NCBI GenBank assembly: GCA_963720545.1
Contig: OY970399.1
Coordinates: 1,504,001 to 1,568,000 of the forward strand
From: an uncultured Acidobacteriota bacterium
GTDB lineage: Bacteria; Acidobacteriota; Vicinamibacteria; Fen-336
DNA: 64,000 nt
Reading direction: 5' to 3'
The notes under the pieces were generated by a model, which worked only from the letters and a program-made list of their open reading frames with translations, had not been told where the DNA came from and did not search any database. Below, piece by piece: positions 35,801-44,111 of the stretch (positions are counted from its first letter, which is position 1; each line of letters starts with the position of its first letter). Both the position numbers and the translations under genes were made by a program.

Positions 35801-36225
35801 CGCTCGAGGAGTACCACTTCCAGGATGTCGGCACGGGTGCCGCCGACGTGGTGCGGGCGGGCGGCAACGTCTCGCTCGGTGCGCACGGCCAGTTGCAGGG
35901 ACTCGGCGTGCACTGGGAGCTGTGGGCTCTTGCCGGCGAAAACGCCGACAAGGGCGGGCCGGGCATGACGCCGATGCAGGCGCTGCGCGCAGCGACGCTC
36001 GCGGCCGCCGACAAGATCGGCTTCGCTCCCGACCTTGGCTCGGTGGAGGCCGGCAAGCTCGCCGACTTCGTGATCCTCGACAAGGATCCGCTGGCCGACA
36101 TCCACAACAGCAACTCGGTGTCGCTGGTGGTGAAGAACGGCGAGGTCTACGAAGGCGAGACGCTGAAGCGCCTGTGGCCGACGGAGAAGCCGGCGCCGAA
36201 GTACTTCTGGCAGAACGGGCAGTAG
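32836..36225 (+). CDS. Secreted PD40 beta-propeller plus amidohydrolase protein
   Basis: Signal peptide; EGTWLSLDVAPDG and many SPDG repeats; PGLIDTHAH, GAHGQLQG, GSVEAGKLAD. Confidence 0.88.
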   Translation: MMRRVFAIAVLAISTFAAFALAAPKEKKPAAAAAPADIAADINKPRADARKVAFDTDEGTWLSLDVAPDGKTIAFDLLGDLYSLPIAGGAATRLTSGPGYDTQPRFSPDGKTIAFTSDRSGIDNLWLVDADGRNPRALTTEKGSYVRGPAWTPDGQYVMGRKEDGTKAGIPPVELWLFHVDGGSGVALTTRDDASNTSGAVAAKNGRFIYYSARKANYSYTPDLSNGLWQIHRYDRRTAESLPITNGVGGGVRPALSPDGKTLVYVSRIDNQTVLVTRDLDSGREKVLSRELSRDEQEGFGQLDIWPGYAFTPDGNAIVSWSGGKLRRFDAQSGAATVIPFTVHVEQWLAPRVAWQDRIEGGAFRARILRTANASPDGSRIVFGALGQIWIQDVANGKAAGAPRRLTSSPPEAREYAPTFSPNGSSVAYVTWNDAEGGNLWRIPATGGTAKKLTTAPGHYANPTWSQKGDRISVIRGSGLEFRGRQPEEEDYFEAYWLNADGGELHLATTINSPGGLRFHPRAFWSADGERLYMAEALPPKKPGDIPKTDLVSVRLDGSDKRQHLRLPTVGELVPSPDAAWVAFTSRDNVYVTAFPEVATKEPAEVSIKDGAVPVFRLSQSAGAYVGWNGDSKSLTWIFGNEFHRAAVADILKWSADEKKKAAEKDKKETEKGKKDASDAAAPKKDDTILELAPSQAIAIDLQVPHSVPAGAFVVRNARVITMKGDEVLERADIVVSGNRISAIGAAGSLKVPQGAREFDAAGKTVIPGLIDTHAHLHYSGYEIFPDHKWEYDTNLAYGVTTTYDPSAPSHDTFSQAEMVDAGLLTGPRTYSSGDVLYGGQAFDIWADADTQADAIRQIRRMKAYGAQMVKVYQQPRRSARMYLAEACRKEKMLMTAEGGGELSTDMTMVLDGFTAFEHALPVHLYKDVVELVARSGTYYTPTLLVAYGGPWGELYYYQVRNPHDDAKLRRFVPHRQLDRLGRRHPFYPLEEYHFQDVGTGAADVVRAGGNVSLGAHGQLQGLGVHWELWALAGENADKGGPGMTPMQALRAATLAAADKIGFAPDLGSVEAGKLADFVILDKDPLADIHNSNSVSLVVKNGEVYEGETLKRLWPTEKPAPKYFWQNGQ

Positions 36226-36242
36226 CGGAACGAACGGACCGA

Positions 36243-36337
36243 ACGCTTCCCAAGGAACGGACGCTTCCCAGGAACTAAATCTGTTACGAACGTCCTCGCG
36301 TTCCTTCGGAACGCTCCGGGGGGTCGGAACGCTCCGG
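36243..36337. repeat. Short 18-bp-period direct repeats
   Basis: ACGCTTCCCA(A)GGAAC x2 (36243, 36261); TCGGAACGCTCCGG x2 (36306, 36324). Confidence 0.55.
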
Positions 36338-37063
36338 AGCGGGAAGCGACAACTTCCATCCCGCCCCACGCACCGTGACGAGGTGCGTGGGTTCTGCCGG
36401 ATTGTCTTCAATGAAGCGGCGCAGCCGCACGACGAAGTTGTCGACGGCGCGGGTCTCGGTGTCGGCGGCGAGGTTCCAGACTTTCTCGAGGATCTCGCCG
36501 CGGCTCACCACGCGGCCGGCATTCTGGTGGAGCAAGCGGAGAAACGCCGCTTCCAGCAGCGTCAGGCCTTCCGTCTGGCCGCGGGTGGTGATCTCGAAGT
36601 TCAGGAAGTCCACGGTCGCGATGCCGATCTGCACCCTCGCCGGCGCGGTGTCGCCGGCGGCACGCGTCCAGTCGCGGCGCCGCAGCAGGCTGCGCACTCG
36701 CGCCAGCAGCACGCCAAGGTCGAAGGGCTTCGACAGGTAGTCGTCGGCGCCGACCGTGAGGCCGTGGACCACGTCCTCGGTGAGTGAACGGGCGGTGAGC
36801 ATGAGGATCGGTGTCAGGTCGCCCTGCTGGCGCGCCCGGGTCGTCACCTCGAAGCCGTCGAGGCCCGGCAGCATCAGGTCGAGGATCACCAGGTCGTAGC
36901 GCTCGGCGCTCGCGGTGATCTGCTGCAGCGCGGCGGTGCCGTCCCCCACCACGTCCACCTCGTAGCCTTCGGCTTCGAGGTTGAAGCGGATGCCGTCGGC
37001 GAGGTGCTCCTCGTCCTCCACCACCAGGATGCGCGGGCTGGCAACGGTTCCGGGCGCAGCCAT
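36284..37063 (-). CDS. OmpR-family response regulator
   Basis: ILVVEDE, LDLMLP, LMLTA, GADDYLSKPF, winged helix TRAVDNFVVRLR...TVRGAG. Confidence 0.92.
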   Translation of the reverse strand: MAAPGTVASPRILVVEDEEHLADGIRFNLEAEGYEVDVVGDGTAALQQITASAERYDLVILDLMLPGLDGFEVTTRARQQGDLTPILMLTARSLTEDVVHGLTVGADDYLSKPFDLGVLLARVRSLLRRRDWTRAAGDTAPARVQIGIATVDFLNFEITTRGQTEGLTLLEAAFLRLLHQNAGRVVSRGEILEKVWNLAADTETRAVDNFVVRLRRFIEDNPAEPTHLVTVRGAGWKLSLPAPERSDPPERSEGTRGRS

Positions 37064-38028
37064 CAGGCAGCCTCCACATCGGCGGAAACGCCCGGCACGA
37101 TCAGCGTGAAAGTCGAGCCCTTGTCGGGGCCGAGGCTGTCGGCCAGCACCTCGCCCTTGTGGCGGCGCGCCACCGCACGCACGATGAAGAGGCCGAGGCC
37201 GGTGCCGGTGTGGCTGCGCCGCACTTCGGCACCGATGCGATAGAAGCGGTTGAAGACGAAGCGCAGATGCGCGCGTGTCATGCCCACGCCCTGGTCGGCG
37301 ACCCGCAGGTGGGCGCGCCGCGCTGCGTCGCTCCACAGCGACACCTCGACGCGCACCTGGTCCTTGGAGTACTTGACGGCATTGTCGAGCAGGTTCAGCA
37401 CCGCCGTCTCCAGTGCGGCTGCCTCGCCCAGCAGCCCGAGGCTCGGCGGCCCCTCGAAGCGCAGCGCCTCCGGCGGCAGCTGGTTGCGGATGCGGGTCAG
37501 CTCGATCGCACGCTCCACCAGCCGCCCGTAGTCGAGCGGCTTGGGGTCGAAGGCCGCGGCATCGGCGTACATCGCGGCGTTCAACACGTTGTTGATGGAT
37601 GCCGTCAGGCGGTCGAGGTCGTCGCGCATGGTGCCGTAGAAGTGCTGGCGCTGCTCGGCGGTGACCTCGCGCATCTGCAGGGTGTCGAGGTAGAGCCGCA
37701 GCGATGCCACCGGCGTCTTCAGTTCGTGGGTCACGGCGCTCACGAAGTTCGACTGCCGCTCGTTGAGGCGCACCTCGCGCAGCAGCAGGACCACCAGCAG
37801 GCCGAGGCCGGCGACCAGCAGCAGCGACAGCAAGGTGCCGAAGAAGTAAGTGAGCCAGCGCAGGCCCGCGACCTCACCAGCGCGCTCACCGGCCTCCGTG
37901 GCGCCGAGGATCTGGAAGCCAACGGTGAGCGCCACCGCCACCACGATGGTGGTGATGCCGACCGTGACGTAGAACCACTTCGAGCGCTTGGCCGACGACA
38001 ACTGGGTGGGCGGTGGCACGAGAGCCAT
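37063..38028 (-). CDS. Sensor histidine kinase (2 TM, very short extracytoplasmic loop)
   Basis: VTHELKTP, NLLDNAVKY, DQGVG, FYR, GTGLGL. Confidence 0.92.
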   Translation of the reverse strand: MALVPPPTQLSSAKRSKWFYVTVGITTIVVAVALTVGFQILGATEAGERAGEVAGLRWLTYFFGTLLSLLLVAGLGLLVVLLLREVRLNERQSNFVSAVTHELKTPVASLRLYLDTLQMREVTAEQRQHFYGTMRDDLDRLTASINNVLNAAMYADAAAFDPKPLDYGRLVERAIELTRIRNQLPPEALRFEGPPSLGLLGEAAALETAVLNLLDNAVKYSKDQVRVEVSLWSDAARRAHLRVADQGVGMTRAHLRFVFNRFYRIGAEVRRSHTGTGLGLFIVRAVARRHKGEVLADSLGPDKGSTFTLIVPGVSADVEAA

Positions 38029-38082
38029 TCTCCGACATGCGGTTTGACGCCGCCATCGCCGGTGCCCTACCGTAGACAGCTC

Positions 38083-40746
38083 ATGTCAAGAACCCCTCTT
38101 CCCCTCCATTTGCTGGCCTTTTTGGCGCCTGTCCTGCTGGCGGCGCAGGCCGCCTCGGCCGCCGTCGTGAGAGGCACGATCACGGACGCAAGCGGCGCGC
38201 CGGTCGTGAACGCCGCCGTACGCCTCGAGAACGCGGCTTCCGGCGAGGAGCGCGGCGCGCAAAGCGGCAGCGACGGCTCGTACTCTTTCGATGGGCTCGC
38301 GACAGGCGCCTACCGCGTGAGCGCCCGCGCCGCCGGCTTCTCGGAGGCGGCGAGGCACTTCGCGGTCGAGGGGGCCGAGGCGTCGGTTGCCGCCGACCTC
38401 AAGCTCAGCATCGGCACACTCGCGGCAAGCGTCACGGTGACCGCGGCACGCAACCTGCGCGACTCGCAGTCGATCCCGCTGCGCGCCGAGACCCTCGGCC
38501 AGGAGGAGCTGGCGCGCGACAACCCGGCTTCGACCGGAGACTTCCTGGTGCGCGCACCCGGGATTTCACTGGTCGCTAACGGCCCGTTCCAGGTCCGGCC
38601 GCGGCTGCGCGGCCTCGACTCGACGCGGGTGCTCGTCCTCATCGACGGCGAGCGCCTCAACAATGCCCGCACCGCCACCGATCGCGCCGGCGTCGAGGTG
38701 GGCCTCGTAGACGTGGCCGAGATCGAGCGCGTCGAGATCGTCAGCGGCTCGGGGTCGGTGCTCTACGGGACCGACGCGCTGTCGGGCACCATCAACATAC
38801 TCACGCGCCAGCCGCGACCAGGCGAGGCCTGGCGGATGAGCGGCGGCGGCCGCGGCTATTTCAGCAGCAATGAGAACGGCTGGCGCGGCACCGCGAGCCT
38901 CGGCGTTTCCGGCCCGCGAGTTGCCGCGCGCGTGTCGCTGTCGAAGGAAAGCTTCGACGACTACCGCGCGGGCGGCGATTTCCGCGAGTCGAGCCTGCCG
39001 CGCTTCGCCGACGGCACGCTGCACCAGGCCGACACCATCGACGACAACTTCCCGCCGTTTCGCTTCCGCGCGTTCCCCGATCCGTTCAACGCCCCGTTCA
39101 CGCGCAGCACCGACGTCGTCGCCAATTCCGCCGCGCAAGCGAACAACCTGGCGGCAGCAGTGACCTGGGAGCCGACCGCCAGCCAGACCTTGAGTGCCAA
39201 ATACACCCGGCGGCACGCGAGCGACATCGGCTTCCCCGACTTCGAGCCGCCGCTCTTTTTCCAGGGCATCCGGCTGCCGTTCAGCAACCTCGACAAGTGG
39301 AGCGCTCGCTACGAGGCGCGCAATCTGTCGCCGACCTTCGCGAGCCTGCGGGCCACGGCCTACTACCAGCGGCAGGACCGCAACCTGCAGAACATCGCCA
39401 TCCCGGTACAGTTTCCGGCACCGACAGCGCAGACGTTCTTCCCGATCAACGTGTTCCGCCTGCTCATCGACAGCTCGACCGAGCAGCTGGTGAAGACGCC
39501 GGGCCTCGACGTGCAGGGCACCTTCCTGCTCTCGCCGCGCAACGTGTTCACCGCCGGGTTCACGCTCTACGAGGACCGCAGCCGCGACCATCGCACTGCG
39601 ACGACCCGGACGTACCTGGTCGGCAACGTCGCGCTCGGGCCGCGCGGACCGCAGGCGAACGTCTTCGACTCGCCGCTGCTGCTGGGCCAGTCGCCGTTGA
39701 CGTTTCCGTCGCGGGTGCCCGACGCTTCGCTGCGCGACTTCGGCGTGTTCGCGCAGGACGAGTGGGACCTCGCCGGCCGGCTGCACGTGGTGGCCGGCGT
39801 GCGCCTCGACTCGTACCGCGTCACGACCGACCCGACGCCGGGCTACGACGTGGCGCCCGTGGTTGCGGGTGCCACGCCGGCGATCGACCCGTCCACACTG
39901 CCGGACCCAGCCGGCGAACGCATCGCGCGCACCGCGTTCACGGGCGACGTCGGCGCCGTCTACAAACTCAACGACCGCGCCAGCCTCATCGCCCACTACG
40001 GCCGCAGCTTCCGCCACCCGAACCTCGAGGAGCTGCTGTTCGCGGGGCCGGCGACCGCCGGCAACATCGCGCCGAACATCAAGGTCGAGCCGGAGAAGGG
40101 CGACAACCTCGACCTCGGCCTCAAGGTGCGCTCGGGCCGCGTCGCCGAGCAGATTTCTCTGTTCCGCAACACCTACCACGGCTTCATCTCGCAGGAGTTC
40201 GTGGCGGCGCTGCCGGGCAACTCGTTCCTGGCGCAGGCGATCAACTTCTCGAAGGTGCGCATCCAGGGCATCGAAGCCGAGACCGAGGTGCCGTTCACGC
40301 TCGGCGCCGCGCTGTGCACCGCGTGGGCGTCGGCGGCCTATACCCACGGACAGATCATCGCCGCCACCAACCCGCTTACCGGCGACTCGCTCGACGACAC
40401 GCCGGCCGACAACATCTCGCCGCTCAAGGTGATGAGCGGGCTGCGGGTCAGCGACCGGCGCGGCCGGCTGTGGGCCGAGTACGGCAACCGCATCCAGAAA
40501 AAGGTGGCACGGGTGTCGACACTCCTGTCAGGTTCGCCGTTCGCGATCGCCCAGGACTTTTTCGGTCTGGGCGGCTTCACCATCCACCGGCTGGCCGCCG
40601 GCTACAACTGGACACTGCGCGGCCGCGACGCCGGCGTCACCGTGGCGCTCGAGAACCTCGGCGACCGCTTCTACCGCGAGCAGTTCCAGTTCGCGCCGGC
40701 GCGCGGCCGGAGTTTCACCGTGGCTTTGCGCCTGGAGCGCCCGTAG
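38083..40746 (+). CDS. TonB-dependent receptor with N-terminal carboxypeptidase-regulatory-like domain
   Basis: Signal peptide; GTITDASGAP; plug LRG...VLIDGER, IERVEIVSGSGSVLYG; FRHPN; ENLGD.FY, GRSF. Confidence 0.92.
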   Translation: MSRTPLPLHLLAFLAPVLLAAQAASAAVVRGTITDASGAPVVNAAVRLENAASGEERGAQSGSDGSYSFDGLATGAYRVSARAAGFSEAARHFAVEGAEASVAADLKLSIGTLAASVTVTAARNLRDSQSIPLRAETLGQEELARDNPASTGDFLVRAPGISLVANGPFQVRPRLRGLDSTRVLVLIDGERLNNARTATDRAGVEVGLVDVAEIERVEIVSGSGSVLYGTDALSGTINILTRQPRPGEAWRMSGGGRGYFSSNENGWRGTASLGVSGPRVAARVSLSKESFDDYRAGGDFRESSLPRFADGTLHQADTIDDNFPPFRFRAFPDPFNAPFTRSTDVVANSAAQANNLAAAVTWEPTASQTLSAKYTRRHASDIGFPDFEPPLFFQGIRLPFSNLDKWSARYEARNLSPTFASLRATAYYQRQDRNLQNIAIPVQFPAPTAQTFFPINVFRLLIDSSTEQLVKTPGLDVQGTFLLSPRNVFTAGFTLYEDRSRDHRTATTRTYLVGNVALGPRGPQANVFDSPLLLGQSPLTFPSRVPDASLRDFGVFAQDEWDLAGRLHVVAGVRLDSYRVTTDPTPGYDVAPVVAGATPAIDPSTLPDPAGERIARTAFTGDVGAVYKLNDRASLIAHYGRSFRHPNLEELLFAGPATAGNIAPNIKVEPEKGDNLDLGLKVRSGRVAEQISLFRNTYHGFISQEFVAALPGNSFLAQAINFSKVRIQGIEAETEVPFTLGAALCTAWASAAYTHGQIIAATNPLTGDSLDDTPADNISPLKVMSGLRVSDRRGRLWAEYGNRIQKKVARVSTLLSGSPFAIAQDFFGLGGFTIHRLAAGYNWTLRGRDAGVTVALENLGDRFYREQFQFAPARGRSFTVALRLERP

Positions 40747-40761
40747 GTTCGCGCACCAGAT

Positions 40762-41370
40762 TCACTTGGTGCAGCGGTAGACGAACGCCGGCGGGGTGTT
40801 GAGCCAGACGATCGGCGTGCGCTCGACCAGGCTGAAGTGGCGCTGCAGCAGCCGCTTCAGCGCGCGGCCCTGCGGCAGGAACGCGCCCGAGATGTAGGCG
40901 AAGGTGGCAAACCGGCCGCCGGGGGCGAGCGCCGCGCTGACGGCGCCGAGCAGGCGTTCCTGCAATTCGTTCGGGAAGGCCGCCCACGGCAGGCTGCTGA
41001 TGACGCACTCGACCGAATCGCGGCCGTGCTTTTGCAGTTGCGCGCCGATCGTCTCGGCCGACTCGCTGACGATGTGGAAGCGCGGGAACTCCGCGACCAG
41101 CGGGCGCGCCATCTCGGCGTTGATCTCGAACACCAGCACCAGCGCGTCCTCCCGGCAGTTCTGCGCGATCATGCGGGTGAAGACACCAGTGCCGGGTCCG
41201 AGTTCCGCGATCGCGCGCGCCTTCTCGAGGCCCACGCCCGACACGATGACTCGGCCGAGGTCGTCCGAGCTCGGCAGCACCGCGCCGACGTCGTGCGGGC
41301 GGCGCAGGAACTCCTTGAAGAACTTGCGGCGGTCGCCGACGCGGCGGCCCGAGGCCCTCAGGCCACGCAC
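40762..41370 (-). CDS. SAM-dependent methyltransferase, phospholipid N-methyltransferase (PmtA)-like
   Basis: VGAVLPSS, ELGPGTG, ISSLP, F.Y, NTPPAFVY. Start uncertain (GTG 41370). Confidence 0.8.
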   Translation of the reverse strand: MRGLRASGRRVGDRRKFFKEFLRRPHDVGAVLPSSDDLGRVIVSGVGLEKARAIAELGPGTGVFTRMIAQNCREDALVLVFEINAEMARPLVAEFPRFHIVSESAETIGAQLQKHGRDSVECVISSLPWAAFPNELQERLLGAVSAALAPGGRFATFAYISGAFLPQGRALKRLLQRHFSLVERTPIVWLNTPPAFVYRCTK

Positions 41371-41744
41371 ACGTAGTCCTTGAGGATTCCGGCGTCGTCG
41401 AAGAACAGGAAGTAGGTGACGTCGCCCACCTGGTGGACACGCATGGCGCTGGAGCGCGCCGCACGCTCGGCAATGTCCGCGGCACGCCGGCCGCCCCAGC
41501 GATCGGCAGCGGCGCGCATCTCCTGCTGGTCGCTGGTCGCAAGCAGCAGCGGGCTGCCCTCGGCGGCAAGCCCCCGGCTCAGCCGCTCGGCGCTCGGCGC
41601 CTGCAGCAGCACCTTGCGCAGGCGCGCGTCGTGCAGCGTGAGGCGCCGCGCGTCGTATGCCCACGAACCGATCCACAACGTGGCCGCGAGCAACACGCCG
41701 CTCGCCGCCGCGGCCGCGGCGATGATGGCGCGCTTAGGGAGCAC
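41358..41744 (-). CDS. Hypothetical membrane-anchored protein
   Basis: N-terminal hydrophobic segment; fills the gap in an operon and overlaps both neighbours. Confidence 0.6.
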   Translation of the reverse strand: MLPKRAIIAAAAAASGVLLAATLWIGSWAYDARRLTLHDARLRKVLLQAPSAERLSRGLAAEGSPLLLATSDQQEMRAAADRWGGRRAADIAERAARSSAMRVHQVGDVTYFLFFDDAGILKDYVCVA

Positions 41745-42432
41745 CGGCTCGGCGCATCAGCTCGCGGGCCTGCTGGCCGGATTCGGGGCTGAGGAATTCC
41801 ACGTTGAGGCGGCGCACGCCGTCGCGGCCGACATAGGAGCCGCGCACCGAGCCGCGCGTCGAGAGCGCGCCCGATTCGATCACCAGCGTCACCTCGTCGC
41901 CGGGGCTCAGCCTGAAGGTGGTGAGCACGCGCGCCCCCCCTTCGGCGATCTCCTCGACAATCGTGGTCTCTTCGCGCGGCGCGGCGCCCGGGTTCATCCA
42001 GCGCAGCTGCGCGTTCAGGATCATGTTGTGGCGCGGGTGGCGCCGCGGCTTCTGCGCCGGCGGCGTGATGGTTTCGCCGCCGAACAGGAAGCGCCCGGTG
42101 GGGTTGTCCTTGTAGTCGCGCGGCGGACGCCTGCCGTAAAACATCACGCCCACCCTGGCCGGCTGGCTCGACGAGACGCTGCGCACGATGGCGTAGACGT
42201 GATACGTCGAGTCGACGACGTCGTGGCGCCGCAGGCTCTTCGGCAGGGGCAGGGCCAGCTCGAGCACCTGGCCGACGAACACCGGATGCTTGATGTTGAA
42301 GCCGACCCCGCCGATCGAGACGTCGGTGCTGGTCGTCATCTCGTCCCACTGCACGCCGGGCGCCGAGTAGCCGCGCACCATGATCGGCAGCGGCACGTTG
42401 CGGCGTTCCTGGCGGTCGCGGTTGTCGATCAT
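41734..42432 (-). CDS. Tandem PilZ-like domain protein
   Basis: RDRQERR...DVSIGG; second repeat RRHPR...EIAEGG; ATG coupled to the ALDH stop. Confidence 0.72.
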   Translation of the reverse strand: MIDNRDRQERRNVPLPIMVRGYSAPGVQWDEMTTSTDVSIGGVGFNIKHPVFVGQVLELALPLPKSLRRHDVVDSTYHVYAIVRSVSSSQPARVGVMFYGRRPPRDYKDNPTGRFLFGGETITPPAQKPRRHPRHNMILNAQLRWMNPGAAPREETTIVEEIAEGGARVLTTFRLSPGDEVTLVIESGALSTRGSVRGSYVGRDGVRRLNVEFLSPESGQQARELMRRAGAP

Positions 42433-44105
42433 CAGAAGAGCTTGTCCAGGTTGCGCAGCAGCGACAGCGGCGACACCCGCCGCAGGAAGCGCGGCGACAG
42501 CAGCAGCCGCAGCTGGCTGCGGATGCGGCGCCAGCTGGAGGCCTCGTGCAGCGCGCGGTTGGCGCCCGCCATCACCGCGGCGAAATCGGCGCCGTACGGG
42601 TACCACCACAACATCCGGCGCTTGCCGTGCTCGGCGCTCAGGTACTTGACCTGCACCATCTCGCGCAGCCCGGCGACACCGTGCGTGCGCCCCACGCCGC
42701 TGCGCTTCCACCCGCCCCAGGGCGCCGTCGGTTCGCCGTAGCTCGCAACGCAGTCGTTGATGGTGACGGCGCCCGCTTGCAGTTCGCGATGCAGGCGGCG
42801 CCCGGTTGCCGCGCTATTGGTCCAGCCGCTGGCGGTGAGGCCGTAGTCGGAATCGTTGGCGAGCCCGATGGCTTCGTCGAGCGAAGCCACGCGCTGCACC
42901 GGCAGCACCGGGCCGAAGGTCTCTTCCGTCATGATGCGCATCGAGTGGTTGACGCCGGTGAGGATGGTCGGCGGGTAGAAGTTGCCGGCACCCGCGCCGC
43001 GTTCACCGCCCAGCAGCACCGCGGCGCCCTTCGCGACCGCATCGGCGACGTGCTCCTCGACGACGAGCCGCTGCCGTGCCAGCGTCAGCGGACCGACGTC
43101 GGTGTCGGCCGCCATCGGGTCGCCGACGCGAAGCCGCCCAGCCTCGGCCAGCAGCTTCTCGAGAAACGCATCGGCAACCCGTTCCTCGACGTACACGCGC
43201 TCGACCGACGCGCAGGTCTGTCCGGCATTGAGGAAGGCGCCCCAGACGATGCCGGCCGCGGCCCGGTCGAGGTTGGCGTCGGCGCACACCACCGCGGCGT
43301 CCTTGCCGCCGAGCTCCAGCACCACCGGCGTCAGGTTGGCGGCGGCCGCCGCCATCACCTTCCTGCCGGTCGCGACGCTGCCGGTGAAGACGATCTTGCC
43401 CAGCCGCTCGTCGCCCACGAGGGTGGCCGCGACACCATCGTCGGCCGCGCAGACGTTGACGACGCCCTCCGGCAGCCCGGCGCGCATGCACAGCTCGCCG
43501 ATGCGCAGCCCGGTCAGCGTCGTCGCCGGCGCCGGCTTCAGCACCACCGTGTTGCCGGCGATGAGCGCCGCGGCGAGTCCGGTCATGGGAATGGCGAACG
43601 GGTAGTTCCAGGGCGTGACCAGCAGGACGACGCCGTAAGGCTGGTACGCGACTGCCGCGTCCTTCTGCGCCATCAGCAGGATCTGGCTCGCGACGCCTTC
43701 CTCGCGCAGCAGCTCTTCGCCGTGCAGGGCGGCGTGCTTCAGTGCCTCGAGCACGGGAAAGATCTCGGCGGCATGCGCCTCGGCGATGGGCTTGCCCTGC
43801 TCGCGGGCGATGAGCCGCGCGACCTGGTCGGAGTCGGCGAGCACCGCCGCGTGCAAACGCATCAGGTGCGCCGCGCGCCCGGCGAAGCCGAGCGCCGCCC
43901 ACGCCGGCTGCGCAACCGCGGCCGCGCCGATCGCCGCTTTTGCCTGTTGTTCGTCGAGCAGCGACACCTGGCCGAACGCCACGCCGGTCGCGGGGTTCAC
44001 GACCGGCAGCACGCCGCCTCGGCCAGACACCGGGCCGTTGTTCGTGAGCGAGTGGTGGATCGGGAGGCGAAGCGATTTATCAGCGACCACAGCGGGTGAC
44101 GCCAC
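42432..44105 (-). CDS. NAD(P)-dependent aldehyde dehydrogenase
   Basis: TPWNYP, FTGS, LELGGK, GQTC, EETFGP, PWGG.K.SG.GR. Confidence 0.92.
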   Translation of the reverse strand: MASPAVVADKSLRLPIHHSLTNNGPVSGRGGVLPVVNPATGVAFGQVSLLDEQQAKAAIGAAAVAQPAWAALGFAGRAAHLMRLHAAVLADSDQVARLIAREQGKPIAEAHAAEIFPVLEALKHAALHGEELLREEGVASQILLMAQKDAAVAYQPYGVVLLVTPWNYPFAIPMTGLAAALIAGNTVVLKPAPATTLTGLRIGELCMRAGLPEGVVNVCAADDGVAATLVGDERLGKIVFTGSVATGRKVMAAAAANLTPVVLELGGKDAAVVCADANLDRAAAGIVWGAFLNAGQTCASVERVYVEERVADAFLEKLLAEAGRLRVGDPMAADTDVGPLTLARQRLVVEEHVADAVAKGAAVLLGGERGAGAGNFYPPTILTGVNHSMRIMTEETFGPVLPVQRVASLDEAIGLANDSDYGLTASGWTNSAATGRRLHRELQAGAVTINDCVASYGEPTAPWGGWKRSGVGRTHGVAGLREMVQVKYLSAEHGKRRMLWWYPYGADFAAVMAGANRALHEASSWRRIRSQLRLLLSPRFLRRVSPLSLLRNLDKLF

Positions 44106-44111
44106 GGCCCA

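Noticed and set aside
36226..36340. CRISPR-like repeats
   Set aside because: Only paired short repeats, with no unique spacers and no cas genes
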